A stretch of DNA of 24,000 bases from Gracilimonas amylolytica (GCF_002911695.1 NZ_PQBS01000019.1:10002-34001); one strand, 5' to 3'; positions 5,838 to 15,393 are shown, counted from the stretch's first letter. The notes: generated from the sequence alone by a model not told the origin. Translations and numbers: made by a program.

Positions 5838-7067
5838 ATGTTATATCTAAAATTAGCCTGGCGGAATATCTGGCGGAATAAGAGGCGCACGTTCATAACG
5901 ATGCTATCAATTATTGTGGCCGTCATGCTCTCGTCAGTTATGAGGACGATGAACGAAGGTTCCTATGAGCAGATGATCGAAAATACGGTCGGCATCTTTA
6001 CCGGTTATGTACAAATACATCAAAAAGGGTACTGGGACGACAAGACACTCGAAAACACGTTGGTTTCTTCAGACACACTGTTCCAGATCATTGCCCAAAC
6101 TCCCGGCATTACAAAAGCAGTTCCAAGAATTGAATCCTACGCTTTGGTAGCAGGAGAGAACCAAAGCCGAGCCGCTATGGTCATCGGCATAGATCCTGAA
6201 AAAGAAAGGTCTTTAAGTGATCCTCAAAACCGGATCGTTACAGGTTCCTATTTTGAAGATTTAAATGAGCGATCGGTCCTTTTGGGAACCGACTTGGTGC
6301 AGAGACTTGAGCTACAGGTAGGAGACAGCCTTGTGATGATCGGGCAGGGATTCAGAGGACAAAGCGCAGCCGGATTATACGAAGTGAAAGGAACCGTGCG
6401 GTTTCCAAATCCGGAAATGAATAAAAGCCTGGTTATGATGCCACTCGGAACGGCTCAGTTCTTTTTAGCCGCTCCCGACAGACTTACTGGGATCTCACTT
6501 ATTATTGAGGATTCTGATGACGCAGAATCGGTTACAAAGATACTATCGGGTTATTTATCGAGCGAGGATTATGAGGTCATGGACTGGAAGGAACTGATGC
6601 CTGAGTTGGTTCAGGCCATTGAGTCGGATCGGGGCAGTGGGTTAATCATTATCATGATATTGTATGTGGTTGTTGGTTTTGGAATACTGGGAACCGTTCT
6701 CATGATGATCACGGAACGCACTTACGAATTCGGTGTGATGATATCGGTAGGAACATCAAGGTTTGCAATTGCGATGATGCTGGCCTTTGAGGTCTTACTC
6801 ATGGCCATGGCAGGGTCACTCGTTGGTATTGTTGCCTCCTATCCAATTTCATACTACTTCCACATAAATCCGATCCGTTTGTCAGACAGTGGAGACATGG
6901 CACAGGTTATTGAGACATTCGGTATGGAACCGGTCCTTCAGTTTTCACTTGAACCTTCACTATTCTACTCTCAGGCCATCATCATTTTTGTGATCACCCT
7001 GATCTTTTGCCTCATACCTATTCTTAAAGCCAGTCGGTTGAATCCTGTTAAAGCGATGAGGTCCTGA
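5838..7067 (+). CDS. ABC transporter permease, FtsX/MacB-LolCE type
   Basis: The 409-aa ORF has an N-terminal L.LAWRNIWRNKRRT motif and TM1, a ~230-aa periplasmic domain, then three C-terminal TM helices. It ends with ..A.RL.PV.AMR, as FtsX-family permeases do. Confidence 0.9.
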   Translation: MLYLKLAWRNIWRNKRRTFITMLSIIVAVMLSSVMRTMNEGSYEQMIENTVGIFTGYVQIHQKGYWDDKTLENTLVSSDTLFQIIAQTPGITKAVPRIESYALVAGENQSRAAMVIGIDPEKERSLSDPQNRIVTGSYFEDLNERSVLLGTDLVQRLELQVGDSLVMIGQGFRGQSAAGLYEVKGTVRFPNPEMNKSLVMMPLGTAQFFLAAPDRLTGISLIIEDSDDAESVTKILSGYLSSEDYEVMDWKELMPELVQAIESDRGSGLIIIMILYVVVGFGILGTVLMMITERTYEFGVMISVGTSRFAIAMMLAFEVLLMAMAGSLVGIVASYPISYYFHINPIRLSDSGDMAQVIETFGMEPVLQFSLEPSLFYSQAIIIFVITLIFCLIPILKASRLNPVKAMRS

Positions 7068-7068
7068 T

Positions 7069-8301
7069 ATGCTGAAATATATCCTGAAACTTGGCTGGAA
7101 GAATGTCTGGAGAAATCCCACACGAAGTGGTGTAGTGATCATCACCGTGCTGCTTGGAACCTGGGCCGGTATCTTTGCCACCGGTTTTTTTAATGGAATG
7201 CTGAATGATTATATCAAGGGACAGATAAATTTGACGGTGGGTCATGTTCAGATCATGTATCCGGAGTTTGAAGATCTATACAATCCGAATTATGCCATCC
7301 CGAATGCTGAGAACCTAATAAGAACACTGCAGGTAAACCCGGATGTGGATGAGGTATCGGGTAAAAGTGTGGCAACCGGACTGGCGCAAAGTGCGCGAAA
7401 CAGTTTTGGGGTCACAATATGGGGTATGGATATTGAGAATGACACCTCTGTTTCGGTGCGTTCCATTAAAGGGTATCTGGAAGAGGGAGACTTTCCGGAA
7501 GCTGAAAATCGAAATCAGATACTGATTGGAGATGACTTGGCCGAAAGACTTGGCCTGGAGTTGCGCTCCCGAATGGTATTAAGTTTTCAGGATGTAAGTG
7601 GAGACCTCACGGCTGGTGCGTTCCGGGTAGCCGGCATTTTTGACAGTTTTGATAGCCGGTTTGATGAGAACTTCGTGGTGGTCAATAAAGCCGATCTGAA
7701 CCGTATTTTAGGAGGGAAAAACTTAACCCATAACATCCGTATTGATACAGACGATCTGATGACAGCCGGTGTACTTGCTGAACAGCTTCAGGATTCGAAT
7801 CCGGACCTTGAGGTGAAAAGCTGGAGGGAGATCGCCCCGGATTTAAGGTATGTTTTTGATATGCAGGATCTGTCCCTGTATTTGGTGATGATCATAATCA
7901 TCATTGGTCTGATCTTTAGCATCATCAATACTATGCTGATGGCCGTGATGGAGCGAACCCGCGAACTTGGTATGCTGCGTGCTATTGGTATGAATAAAAG
8001 CCGAACCTTTAGTATGGTCATGCTTGAGACGGTGTTCCTGACCCTGGTTGGATCACCGGTAGGTTTGCTTCTCGGTTGGTTAACGATCACATATTTTGGG
8101 GCTAGCGGGATCGACCTCAGTGCTTTTTCTGAGGGACTGGAAGGATGGGGTTTTACAACCATGATCTATCCATCACTGGCTTTGAAATACTATTTGAATA
8201 TTGTGCTTTTTGTGGCTGTAGCAGCCTTGATCTCGGCACTGTATCCGGCCTGGCGGGCACTTCAATTGAGACCTGTTGAAGCAATACGAAAATTTAACTA
8301 A
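7069..8301 (+). CDS. ABC transporter permease, FtsX/MacB-LolCE type (second copy)
   Basis: The 410-aa ORF has the same architecture (LGWKNVWRNPTRS, MERTRELGMLRAIGM, ..A.RALQLRPVEAIR). Its ATG is 1 nt after the stop of the preceding gene. Confidence 0.9.
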   Translation: MLKYILKLGWKNVWRNPTRSGVVIITVLLGTWAGIFATGFFNGMLNDYIKGQINLTVGHVQIMYPEFEDLYNPNYAIPNAENLIRTLQVNPDVDEVSGKSVATGLAQSARNSFGVTIWGMDIENDTSVSVRSIKGYLEEGDFPEAENRNQILIGDDLAERLGLELRSRMVLSFQDVSGDLTAGAFRVAGIFDSFDSRFDENFVVVNKADLNRILGGKNLTHNIRIDTDDLMTAGVLAEQLQDSNPDLEVKSWREIAPDLRYVFDMQDLSLYLVMIIIIIGLIFSIINTMLMAVMERTRELGMLRAIGMNKSRTFSMVMLETVFLTLVGSPVGLLLGWLTITYFGASGIDLSAFSEGLEGWGFTTMIYPSLALKYYLNIVLFVAVAALISALYPAWRALQLRPVEAIRKFN

Positions 8302-8341
8302 AGGTTAGAGATGTTTAAACGGATGTTTATAGTGAAATTTA

Positions 8342-9064
8342 ATGCCAACACAGAACGGAAATAACATGTCTGTAATACGAACAGAAGGGTTGACCAAAGT
8401 ATATAATCCGGATCAGGTACCGGTTCATGCCCTGAACGGTGTGGATCTTACCATTGAAAAAGGTGAATTCACTGCCATTGTCGGCCCATCCGGTTCAGGT
8501 AAAACCACCCTATTGAATATCATTGGTGGCCTGGATGAACCGACCGGGGGGAAAGCCTTTATCAGAGGGACAGACATCAGCACCCTTTCTGACCGTGAGT
8601 TGATCAACTTCAGGCTCAATCATATTGGGTTTGTATTTCAATCCTTTAATTTGATCCCGGTTCTTACTGCCCTCGAGAATGTGTCGTTCATCATGCAGAT
8701 GCAGGGAAGGCCGGCAAAAGAATGCCGTGAAAAAAGTATAGAGCTTTTAGAGGAAGTTGGTCTTAAAGACAAGATCAATAAACGTCCCTCAGAATTATCA
8801 GGAGGACAGCAGCAGAGGGTAGCAGTGGCCAGGGCTTTGGCATCCAAACCCGATTTTGTCCTGGCTGATGAACCGACGGCCAATCTTGATTCTGTTTCCA
8901 CAGCCGAATTACTGGATATGATGGCGGAATTGAATGAGGTGGAGGATATGACGTTCATATTTTCGACTCATGACCAAAGGGTGATCGATAGAGCGAGGCG
9001 GGTCATTACACTTGTGGATGGGAAAATTGATTCGGATGAAGAGAGAACAGTGGACAGTGGATAG
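8342..9064 (+). CDS. ABC transporter ATP-binding protein (LolD/MacB-type)
   Basis: It has Walker A GPSGSGKTT, a Q-loop, the signature LSGGQQQRVAVARAL, Walker B FVLADEPT and an H-loop STHD. The true start may be the internal ATG at 8366 (MSVIRTEGLTKVY). Confidence 0.95.
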   Translation: MPTQNGNNMSVIRTEGLTKVYNPDQVPVHALNGVDLTIEKGEFTAIVGPSGSGKTTLLNIIGGLDEPTGGKAFIRGTDISTLSDRELINFRLNHIGFVFQSFNLIPVLTALENVSFIMQMQGRPAKECREKSIELLEEVGLKDKINKRPSELSGGQQQRVAVARALASKPDFVLADEPTANLDSVSTAELLDMMAELNEVEDMTFIFSTHDQRVIDRARRVITLVDGKIDSDEERTVDSG

Positions 9065-9110
9065 TAAACAGTAAACAGTAAACAGTAAGCAGTGATCAGT
9101 GTTTAGTTTG
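9048..9110 (+). repeat. Heptamer tract T4: CAGTGGA CAGTGGA TAGTAAA CAGTAAA CAGTAAA CAGTAAG CAGTGAT CAGTGTT TAGTTTG
   Basis: Nine 7-nt units are in the same orientation as T1. Units 1-3 encode the last residues (..VDSG) and the TAG stop (9062-9064) of the ABC ATPase. Confidence 0.9.
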
Positions 9111-9121
9111 AATATGGAATT

Positions 9122-10327
9122 ATGAACGAACATATTTTTAAATATGAAGTAGGAGCTTATGAAGTAACGTCGAGGCGTTTTGGATTTGGCTTAGTTATTC
9201 TGATTCTGATTTTGCTGGTTCCAACAACCATTCAGTCCCAAAATATTGAGGCTGACCTCAGAGGATACGTGAAAGAGCTCGGTGTTTTTAGCCTGAGCAA
9301 TGATCTTGGAACACTAAGGTACGATAACATCCTGCATCATCGCATTGAAAGCCGTTTTGGCCTGGGGGAAAAATTTGAGATCAGGGCAGATGCCAGAACA
9401 CGCCTCTTTAACGGCTGGACGGTCAATAATTCACCGGGTTATGGTGACTTTCTATCCAACGATCGCGGATACTTCGATCTGAGTCACACCTGGATCGATA
9501 CGGACAACACCGTGTTAAATACCGCCATTGATCGCCTGCACGTATCTTATATCAACGGACCGTGGGAACTGCATGCAGGTCGCCAGCGGATCAACTGGGG
9601 AAAGACCATGGTGTGGAATCCCAACGACCTGTTCAACGCCTACGCCTATCTCGATTTTGATTATGAAGAGCGTCCGGGTACAGATGCTTTTTATGCATCT
9701 TATTCGTGGAGTTATGCATCCAGTGTGGAGGCCGGTTACCGTTTGGGGAATGGCATTGATGAGTCGGTTATAGCCGGAATGGTCCGCGGAAATGCCGGAG
9801 AGTATGATCTGCAATTCATTGTAGGAAATTATTTTGAAGAACTGGCCGTAGGAGCCGGATGGAGCGGATATCTTAAGAATGCAGGATTCAGGGGTGAGTT
9901 CACGTATTTTCACCCCAGAGATAATTTCTTTGATGAAACCGGACATATCACCTCCACGGTAGGAGCAGATTATATGTTTCAGAATGGGGTATATGGCTCT
10001 GCCGAATTATTGTATAACGGGGGATGGAGCCGATCCCTGAATCCGGTGGCACAGTTAACCAGACCGCCCAGTGCATCCGATCTTTTTATTGCGGAAACAG
10101 GGTACTTCCTGAATGGAGCCTATCAGGTAAATCCTTTAACAAGTATTTCCGGTGGAATTATGGGGAGCTTTGATCGGAAGATGATCATCCTGATCCCCCA
10201 GTTTACCCGCTCCCTTTCCGAGAATATCGATCTTTTGATCCTGGCTCAGCTTCTAAAGGGGGCCGTCTTTACTGATCTGACCGATACCCCGAACGGCATT
10301 TACTTTAGGTTAAAGTGGTCCTATTAA
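9122..10327 (+). CDS. Hypothetical outer-membrane beta-barrel protein
   Basis: The 401-aa ORF has an N-terminal hydrophobic signal-like segment (GLVILILILLVPTTIQSQ). The sequence is rich in Gly, Tyr and Asn with alternating amphipathic stretches. The C-terminus YFRLKWSY ends in an aromatic residue, as in BAM substrates. No family was recognised with confidence. Confidence 0.5.
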   Translation: MNEHIFKYEVGAYEVTSRRFGFGLVILILILLVPTTIQSQNIEADLRGYVKELGVFSLSNDLGTLRYDNILHHRIESRFGLGEKFEIRADARTRLFNGWTVNNSPGYGDFLSNDRGYFDLSHTWIDTDNTVLNTAIDRLHVSYINGPWELHAGRQRINWGKTMVWNPNDLFNAYAYLDFDYEERPGTDAFYASYSWSYASSVEAGYRLGNGIDESVIAGMVRGNAGEYDLQFIVGNYFEELAVGAGWSGYLKNAGFRGEFTYFHPRDNFFDETGHITSTVGADYMFQNGVYGSAELLYNGGWSRSLNPVAQLTRPPSASDLFIAETGYFLNGAYQVNPLTSISGGIMGSFDRKMIILIPQFTRSLSENIDLLILAQLLKGAVFTDLTDTPNGIYFRLKWSY

Positions 10328-10357
10328 AAAAGCACAGCTTAGAAAACCGTGCTTTTT
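10327..10357. terminator. Candidate bidirectional hairpin terminator between convergent genes
   Basis: AAAAAGCAC (10327-10335) pairs with GTGCTTTTT (10349-10357) around a 13-nt loop. An A-run and a T-run flank the hairpin, so each strand sees a hairpin followed by a U-run. The GC core is only 4 bp, so this is weak. Confidence 0.45.
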
Positions 10358-10386
10358 GATCAAATTCGTAAGATCCGAAAATGTGA

Positions 10387-11472
10387 CTAATCCACCCAGT
10401 CAGCCACAAAGACGTTGGTAGATCGGTCACCGCCGTTATTTCGATTGGATGAGAACACGATCTTCTTGCCATCCGGTGAGAACATCGGAAAGGAATCAAA
10501 TTGTTCATCAAAGGTGACCTGTTCAAGTCCGGTTCCATCCACATTGATCATGAAGATGTTGAATGGAAAGCCACGTTGCGACTGATGATTTGAGGAGAAT
10601 ACCACTTTCTCTCCGGATGGATGAAAATAAGGAGCCCAGTTGGCATTGCCGAGATCGGTGATCTGTCGTAATCCGGTACCGTCTACATTTACAATAAAGA
10701 GCTCCATGTTAGTCGGTTCCACCAGACCGTCATCCAGTAATGACTTGTATTTTGTGACTTCTTCCTCAGTCTGAGGTCGTGAGGCCCTGAAGATCAGCTG
10801 AGTGCCATCAGGCGAGAAGAAAGCGCCGCCATCATAACCGAGTTCGTCGGTTATCTGTATCACGTTGGAACCGTCGGTGTCCATAATGTATAACTCCAGA
10901 TCTCCGGAACGGTCTGACGTAAAAACGATCTTGTCACCTTTGGGAGAAACAGTAGGTTCAGCATCATAACCCGGTTCATCGGTGAGTTTTGCAATGACGT
11001 TACCATTCATGTCAGCTTTATAAATATCGTAGGTATCATAGATGGGCCAAACGTAGGCACCTGCTTCTCCGCGCTCGGGAGGGGTAGGACATTCCATGCC
11101 AGACTCGTGGGTTGAAGAATACACAAAGGTTGAATCTCCCGGCAGGAAGTACGCACAGGTAGTCCGGCCATTTCCGGTACTGATCATGGTTGGCTCAAAT
11201 CCGGGTTCTTTTTCAGAAATATCCATCGTGAAGATCTGATCACACTCCACTCCCCATTCCGGATTGTTGGATTGAAAGATCAGTTTGTCACTGTCGTAGC
11301 TCCAGTAAGCTTCAGCATTGTCGCCACCAAAAGTGAGCTGTTGAACATTCCGGAGGTGAACTTCCTGCTCGTACTTGAGTGAGTCAGATTCCGGGTTGTA
11401 AGTTTCTTTTTCAGGTGTGGAGTTACAGGAAACAGCCAGCATGGCTGCCACAGATATTAGTAGGTACTTCAT
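10387..11472 (-). CDS. PD40/TolB-like beta-propeller lipoprotein
   Basis: The 361-aa ORF has a lipoprotein-type signal (MLAVSCNS). It contains repeated PD40-type units (SPDG..I.F.S.R.G..dly....dG), for example FSPDGTQLIFRASR, FSPDGKKIVFSSNR and VSPKGDKIVFTSDRSGDLELY. Confidence 0.8.
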   Translation of the reverse strand: MKYLLISVAAMLAVSCNSTPEKETYNPESDSLKYEQEVHLRNVQQLTFGGDNAEAYWSYDSDKLIFQSNNPEWGVECDQIFTMDISEKEPGFEPTMISTGNGRTTCAYFLPGDSTFVYSSTHESGMECPTPPERGEAGAYVWPIYDTYDIYKADMNGNVIAKLTDEPGYDAEPTVSPKGDKIVFTSDRSGDLELYIMDTDGSNVIQITDELGYDGGAFFSPDGTQLIFRASRPQTEEEVTKYKSLLDDGLVEPTNMELFIVNVDGTGLRQITDLGNANWAPYFHPSGEKVVFSSNHQSQRGFPFNIFMINVDGTGLEQVTFDEQFDSFPMFSPDGKKIVFSSNRNNGGDRSTNVFVADWVD

Positions 11473-11555
11473 GAATAGTTTTAGAATAATTTTGATGAAT
11501 GGATTAAAGATAAGGAAAATAATTTGTTTTGAATGGGCAGGAAATTGCTCAGAAT

Positions 11556-14045
11556 TTAACTTCCGATCTTAAGCTCCAAAGTAAGATAAAAGGTACGTGG
11601 GGGGGATGGGATAATGCCGGGGCCGGGATAACCTGTTGCACGTCGTGTAAAATACCAGTTGTGCAAAACGTTATTGATGCCTGATTCAAGCGTTACCCTA
11701 TTCCAGTTATAGGAAAAGGAAAGATCCAGAACATCATATGCAGGTATTTCACCCCGGATGCCACTTTGGTTATCAAAGGGATTTTGCTCTGCGTTAGAAG
11801 CATCCGTGAACTGCCTGGTTACATAGGTGTACTGCAGACTCCCAACAAAATCTTTATAACCAATGTTGAATCCCGTTTTAAGATTCAAAAAGGGGACAAA
11901 CTCTACATTATTACCTTCGATACCTGGAATGTCTGAATTGAGGTATTCCGATCGGGTCAGAGCCGTATTGGCAAAAAAGCTAAGTTTTTTATCCGGTGAA
12001 TCATATCCTAGTATCGGCAATAGATTTAATTCGATCAGGCTTTCAATGCCATACATAAATGCCTGCCCGATGTTTCCACGGTAACGGACAACACGGCCTG
12101 TTTCCTCCAGTTCTCCTTCTGTATTCTGGCGGGTTTCTGCTCTCAGAACCTCACCAATTCGGTTATCATACAATAAACCAAAACCCCCGATATCATATGA
12201 AACAGATTCATTAAAACGACCCCTGATCCCAAAGTCGGTTGTAAATCCGCTTTCATCTGTAATGTCTGGATCAACCTGAAATGTTGGATTGACAATGCGA
12301 ATATCATTGAAAGTTACAGAGCGATAGTTTTGAGAGAAATTTCCATAAAATTCTGTTTTTGAGCTCGGGAGATAACTGATACCGGTTCCCAATAAAATAA
12401 AGCTACGCTTGAAATCGCGGTTGTCTTCAAAAGTTTCGTTTTGTATTGGATTTCCGGCAAGATCGAAATTGATGCGTTTAAAAGTCCCTTCACTTCTTGT
12501 ATTGATATATTCGAAGCGAAATCCCGGTGTGATCGAAAGGTTATCCTTTAAATAGAATATGTTCTCCCCAAACACAGCCACATTGCGGTTTGGAAAGGTG
12601 AAATCAGATTGGTTGGGGTAATTAGGAAACTGTTGGTCACCAAGAGAAAAGTCAGCTTCTGAACTTGCGGTACCCGGCCCCTGGACGGATTCATTGTTAG
12701 ACTGATAATATTTGGAACCGATCAGGAAAACAGAACTCATGGAACCGATCTCATAGCGATTCAGGAAACGTATTTCAGTACCCCAATTGTTGAAATCTCC
12801 AAGAATGAGGTCGCGGGGGGCATCAAGGTCATCTTCCTGAGAGACTCGGTTTGTACGGAATCCGACAGATTTCCTGGAGGCATCAAGGCCATAGGTCAAT
12901 ACGCTTAGTCGGGTTTTGTAAGAAAATCGGTGCTCTAATTTTAGAGAGGCCAGTTTCCAATCCACTTCAAACCAGTTCCGGGTACGATTACTAATGGTTG
13001 GGTCCCGGTAAAACTGAGCATCTGTTAAGCCACCCGGCTGCTGTGCCAGGTAGTACAGGTAAGTAAAATCAGCACTGATGGTTGTGTTTTTACCCAGCTT
13101 GTAATCACTGAAGATATAGGCATTCTGAGAATCGAAATTTGAATTGGGGCGAAAACCATTTCCTTGCTTATAATTGAAATACCCATAATATCCGATCTTA
13201 CCGATTGAACCACTCAGGCTGTTGAAAGAGGTAAAAAGAGCATTAGATCCAAGAGATTGACGAGATATGAGTTCTATATTTCTATCTCTTTCAGGAGTTT
13301 TCATTTTAAAATTGACGAGACCACCAAACTGAGTACCATACTGCAGGGAAGCCGCTCCGCGTATGACCTGTATCTCTTTTATGCCCTCGGCTGGAGGGGT
13401 GTAATAACTTTCAGGGTAGCCTAACACATCCGCACTGATGTCATAGTTGTTTTGGCGGGTATTAAAATTGGAAGAACGATTTGGGTCCAAGCCACGTCCA
13501 CCGATATTCAGTTGGAGTCCTGCATCATTTGATTCAAATATGTTCAATCCTGAAATCTGGCTGTAGATCTGCCGGGCATTATTGGAGGATGTATTTACAA
13601 TCATCTGATCCAGATTGATGACCTCATTCTTCTTGCCTGCAAAGATGGCTGTGCCCTCCACTTCACGCAAGCGCTGCATGGCAAATACTTGCTCTTTTTG
13701 CTCAATGATGGCCACCTCAGACATTTCCCTGGATAATTTTCTGAGTTCAATGTAGATGTTGGCGTTTTGGGTATCCAAAATGATGGGCCGTTGTTCTACT
13801 TCATACCCCAATTTGTAGAAAAACAGAAAATAGGTTCCATATGGCAGGTCATTGATCTCGAAATAACCCTCCTCATTCGTACTATAGGACTTACCCGCAT
13901 TATTATCATATATCTCAACTGATTCAATGGGTTCCTTGGATTCCGCATTGATCACATACCCTGAGATCTGATGCTGGGCAAAAGCAGGGAAGCACCAGAT
14001 TCCTGTGAACAGTAATAAACTAAAGGCCTTTAATTTCGTCATCAA
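11556..14045 (-). CDS. TonB-dependent receptor with N-terminal CarboxypepD_reg-like domain
   Basis: The 829-aa ORF has a signal peptide (FPAFAQ) and a CarboxypepD_reg-like segment (ISGYVINAESKEPIESVEIY...EGYFEINDLPYGTY). A plug region follows (IQVIRGAASLQYGTQFGGLVNF), then a long Gly/Tyr/Asn-rich barrel. Confidence 0.9.
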   Translation of the reverse strand: MMTKLKAFSLLLFTGIWCFPAFAQHQISGYVINAESKEPIESVEIYDNNAGKSYSTNEEGYFEINDLPYGTYFLFFYKLGYEVEQRPIILDTQNANIYIELRKLSREMSEVAIIEQKEQVFAMQRLREVEGTAIFAGKKNEVINLDQMIVNTSSNNARQIYSQISGLNIFESNDAGLQLNIGGRGLDPNRSSNFNTRQNNYDISADVLGYPESYYTPPAEGIKEIQVIRGAASLQYGTQFGGLVNFKMKTPERDRNIELISRQSLGSNALFTSFNSLSGSIGKIGYYGYFNYKQGNGFRPNSNFDSQNAYIFSDYKLGKNTTISADFTYLYYLAQQPGGLTDAQFYRDPTISNRTRNWFEVDWKLASLKLEHRFSYKTRLSVLTYGLDASRKSVGFRTNRVSQEDDLDAPRDLILGDFNNWGTEIRFLNRYEIGSMSSVFLIGSKYYQSNNESVQGPGTASSEADFSLGDQQFPNYPNQSDFTFPNRNVAVFGENIFYLKDNLSITPGFRFEYINTRSEGTFKRINFDLAGNPIQNETFEDNRDFKRSFILLGTGISYLPSSKTEFYGNFSQNYRSVTFNDIRIVNPTFQVDPDITDESGFTTDFGIRGRFNESVSYDIGGFGLLYDNRIGEVLRAETRQNTEGELEETGRVVRYRGNIGQAFMYGIESLIELNLLPILGYDSPDKKLSFFANTALTRSEYLNSDIPGIEGNNVEFVPFLNLKTGFNIGYKDFVGSLQYTYVTRQFTDASNAEQNPFDNQSGIRGEIPAYDVLDLSFSYNWNRVTLESGINNVLHNWYFTRRATGYPGPGIIPSPPRTFYLTLELKIGS

Positions 14046-15390
14046 ATGGGAGTAACCAGGTTCGGTGTTTAAATGAGGGTTCGATCTCTGTTAGATCAAC
14101 GTTTGGGTCTACATAAGGTTGACTTCGCCGCCCATTGAGGGCAACGTAGCTTTCAGCATATATTTCTGGATCTTTGATGCCTTGTTCCTGATAATGATCT
14201 TCAAGGAAGTGTGCATATTCCAGAATAAAATCCGGCTGCGAGGACATCTGCTTTTCCTGGAAGCGGGTCAGAAACTGCGTATTATCAACATAGAAACGCT
14301 GATCATTTTCAGGATCAACAACCTTGAAATTTGCATACCCGGCTTTTTCCATGAGCATCACTCGCCATGAAAATCGGTACCCTTCCTCAGTCCAGAACAA
14401 TTCACCCGGATAGAGTAGGTACCGAAAGGGGATCAAAAGTTGAAGAATAAAAAATGCTGATATGATACCCATGGAGGCATTACGGAGCCAGGTCTTTGGA
14501 AATTCGTAAACAGCACCGTTATCAAAATAGGATTTACTGATCCTAAGCCATTCTGAAAGTTTTTCCAGGATCTTATTATGTAATGCAGAGTCAAAAAAGA
14601 TAAGGGCACTGGCGATCATTATATATGGAAACATACCGATCGGGAAAAGCACCCTGGTCATAACGTGGAATACAACCACCAAAATAAATGCAAAAGGCTT
14701 GGTTCGTTTATATAACAGCAGAAACGGAATAGACAGATCGTAAATGGCGCCACTCCAGGCAAAGATGTAATGCATCCAGGTTTGCTGCAGCAGATCACCT
14801 AATAATGGAATAGAGTACTTAGCCGGTAACCAGATCTGCAATGGCATGGCTTCAAATAACCAGTCCGAATTGAGTTTGGCAAGACCGGCATAAAAATATA
14901 CGATCCCTAAAAGTAGTTTGATAGAATCGATGGTCCAGGAGGGAACTTTCTGTGAGCGGATCTTTTCATCCTGCCAAGCGTCTACAGAAAAATAGCAGTG
15001 AGCCGGGAGAAAGATCATTAAAAAACTGAGTATACTGATGAAGTAATAGTGGTTCAGGTAGGTGGTCTTATCCATCAGCTCGATGTAAGTGAAACTGAGG
15101 AAAAAAATGATAATTGCCCATCTATATTTGAAGCCTATGGCTACAAATAAAGAGGCGAGCCCGCAAATGATAAAAATCAGATAGGTCCATTCACCCAAAG
15201 GCTGAACCCATTCAAAGCCGTAGTAGGAAAAGAAAAATTGCGGTTCTATGTAAAGTTTAGAAATCCAGCCGTTTGCCGCAAAACGAATGATGCTCCAAAA
15301 CATCAGGATCCCAAACTGGATTCGGAAAACGGCTAATGGAGCAGCATTCTTGGTACCGGAAAAATATGTGCGAATGGAAGAATTATTCAC
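14020..15390 (-). CDS. HTTM domain (vitamin K-dependent gamma-carboxylase-like) integral membrane protein
   Basis: The 456-aa ORF has the N-terminal APLAVFRIQFGILMFWSIIRF motif typical of HTTM domains and many TM helices, followed by a soluble C-terminal region. It starts with GTG, and its 3' end overlaps the receptor start by 26 nt. Confidence 0.75.
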   Translation of the reverse strand: MNNSSIRTYFSGTKNAAPLAVFRIQFGILMFWSIIRFAANGWISKLYIEPQFFFSYYGFEWVQPLGEWTYLIFIICGLASLFVAIGFKYRWAIIIFFLSFTYIELMDKTTYLNHYYFISILSFLMIFLPAHCYFSVDAWQDEKIRSQKVPSWTIDSIKLLLGIVYFYAGLAKLNSDWLFEAMPLQIWLPAKYSIPLLGDLLQQTWMHYIFAWSGAIYDLSIPFLLLYKRTKPFAFILVVVFHVMTRVLFPIGMFPYIMIASALIFFDSALHNKILEKLSEWLRISKSYFDNGAVYEFPKTWLRNASMGIISAFFILQLLIPFRYLLYPGELFWTEEGYRFSWRVMLMEKAGYANFKVVDPENDQRFYVDNTQFLTRFQEKQMSSQPDFILEYAHFLEDHYQEQGIKDPEIYAESYVALNGRRSQPYVDPNVDLTEIEPSFKHRTWLLPFDDEIKGL

Positions 15391-15393
15391 GCC

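Noticed and set aside
8302-8341. A direct repeat GATGTTTA (x2, 13 nt apart) lies between ftsX-2 and the ATPase gene.
   Set aside because: It is a short AT-rich repeat with only two copies and could easily arise by chance. No function can be argued.
5249-9110. The tandem repeat arrays (T1-T4) might be CRISPR arrays.
   Set aside because: The units are 7 nt long and directly abutting, with no spacers and no cas genes. They are micro/minisatellite-type tracts, not CRISPR.
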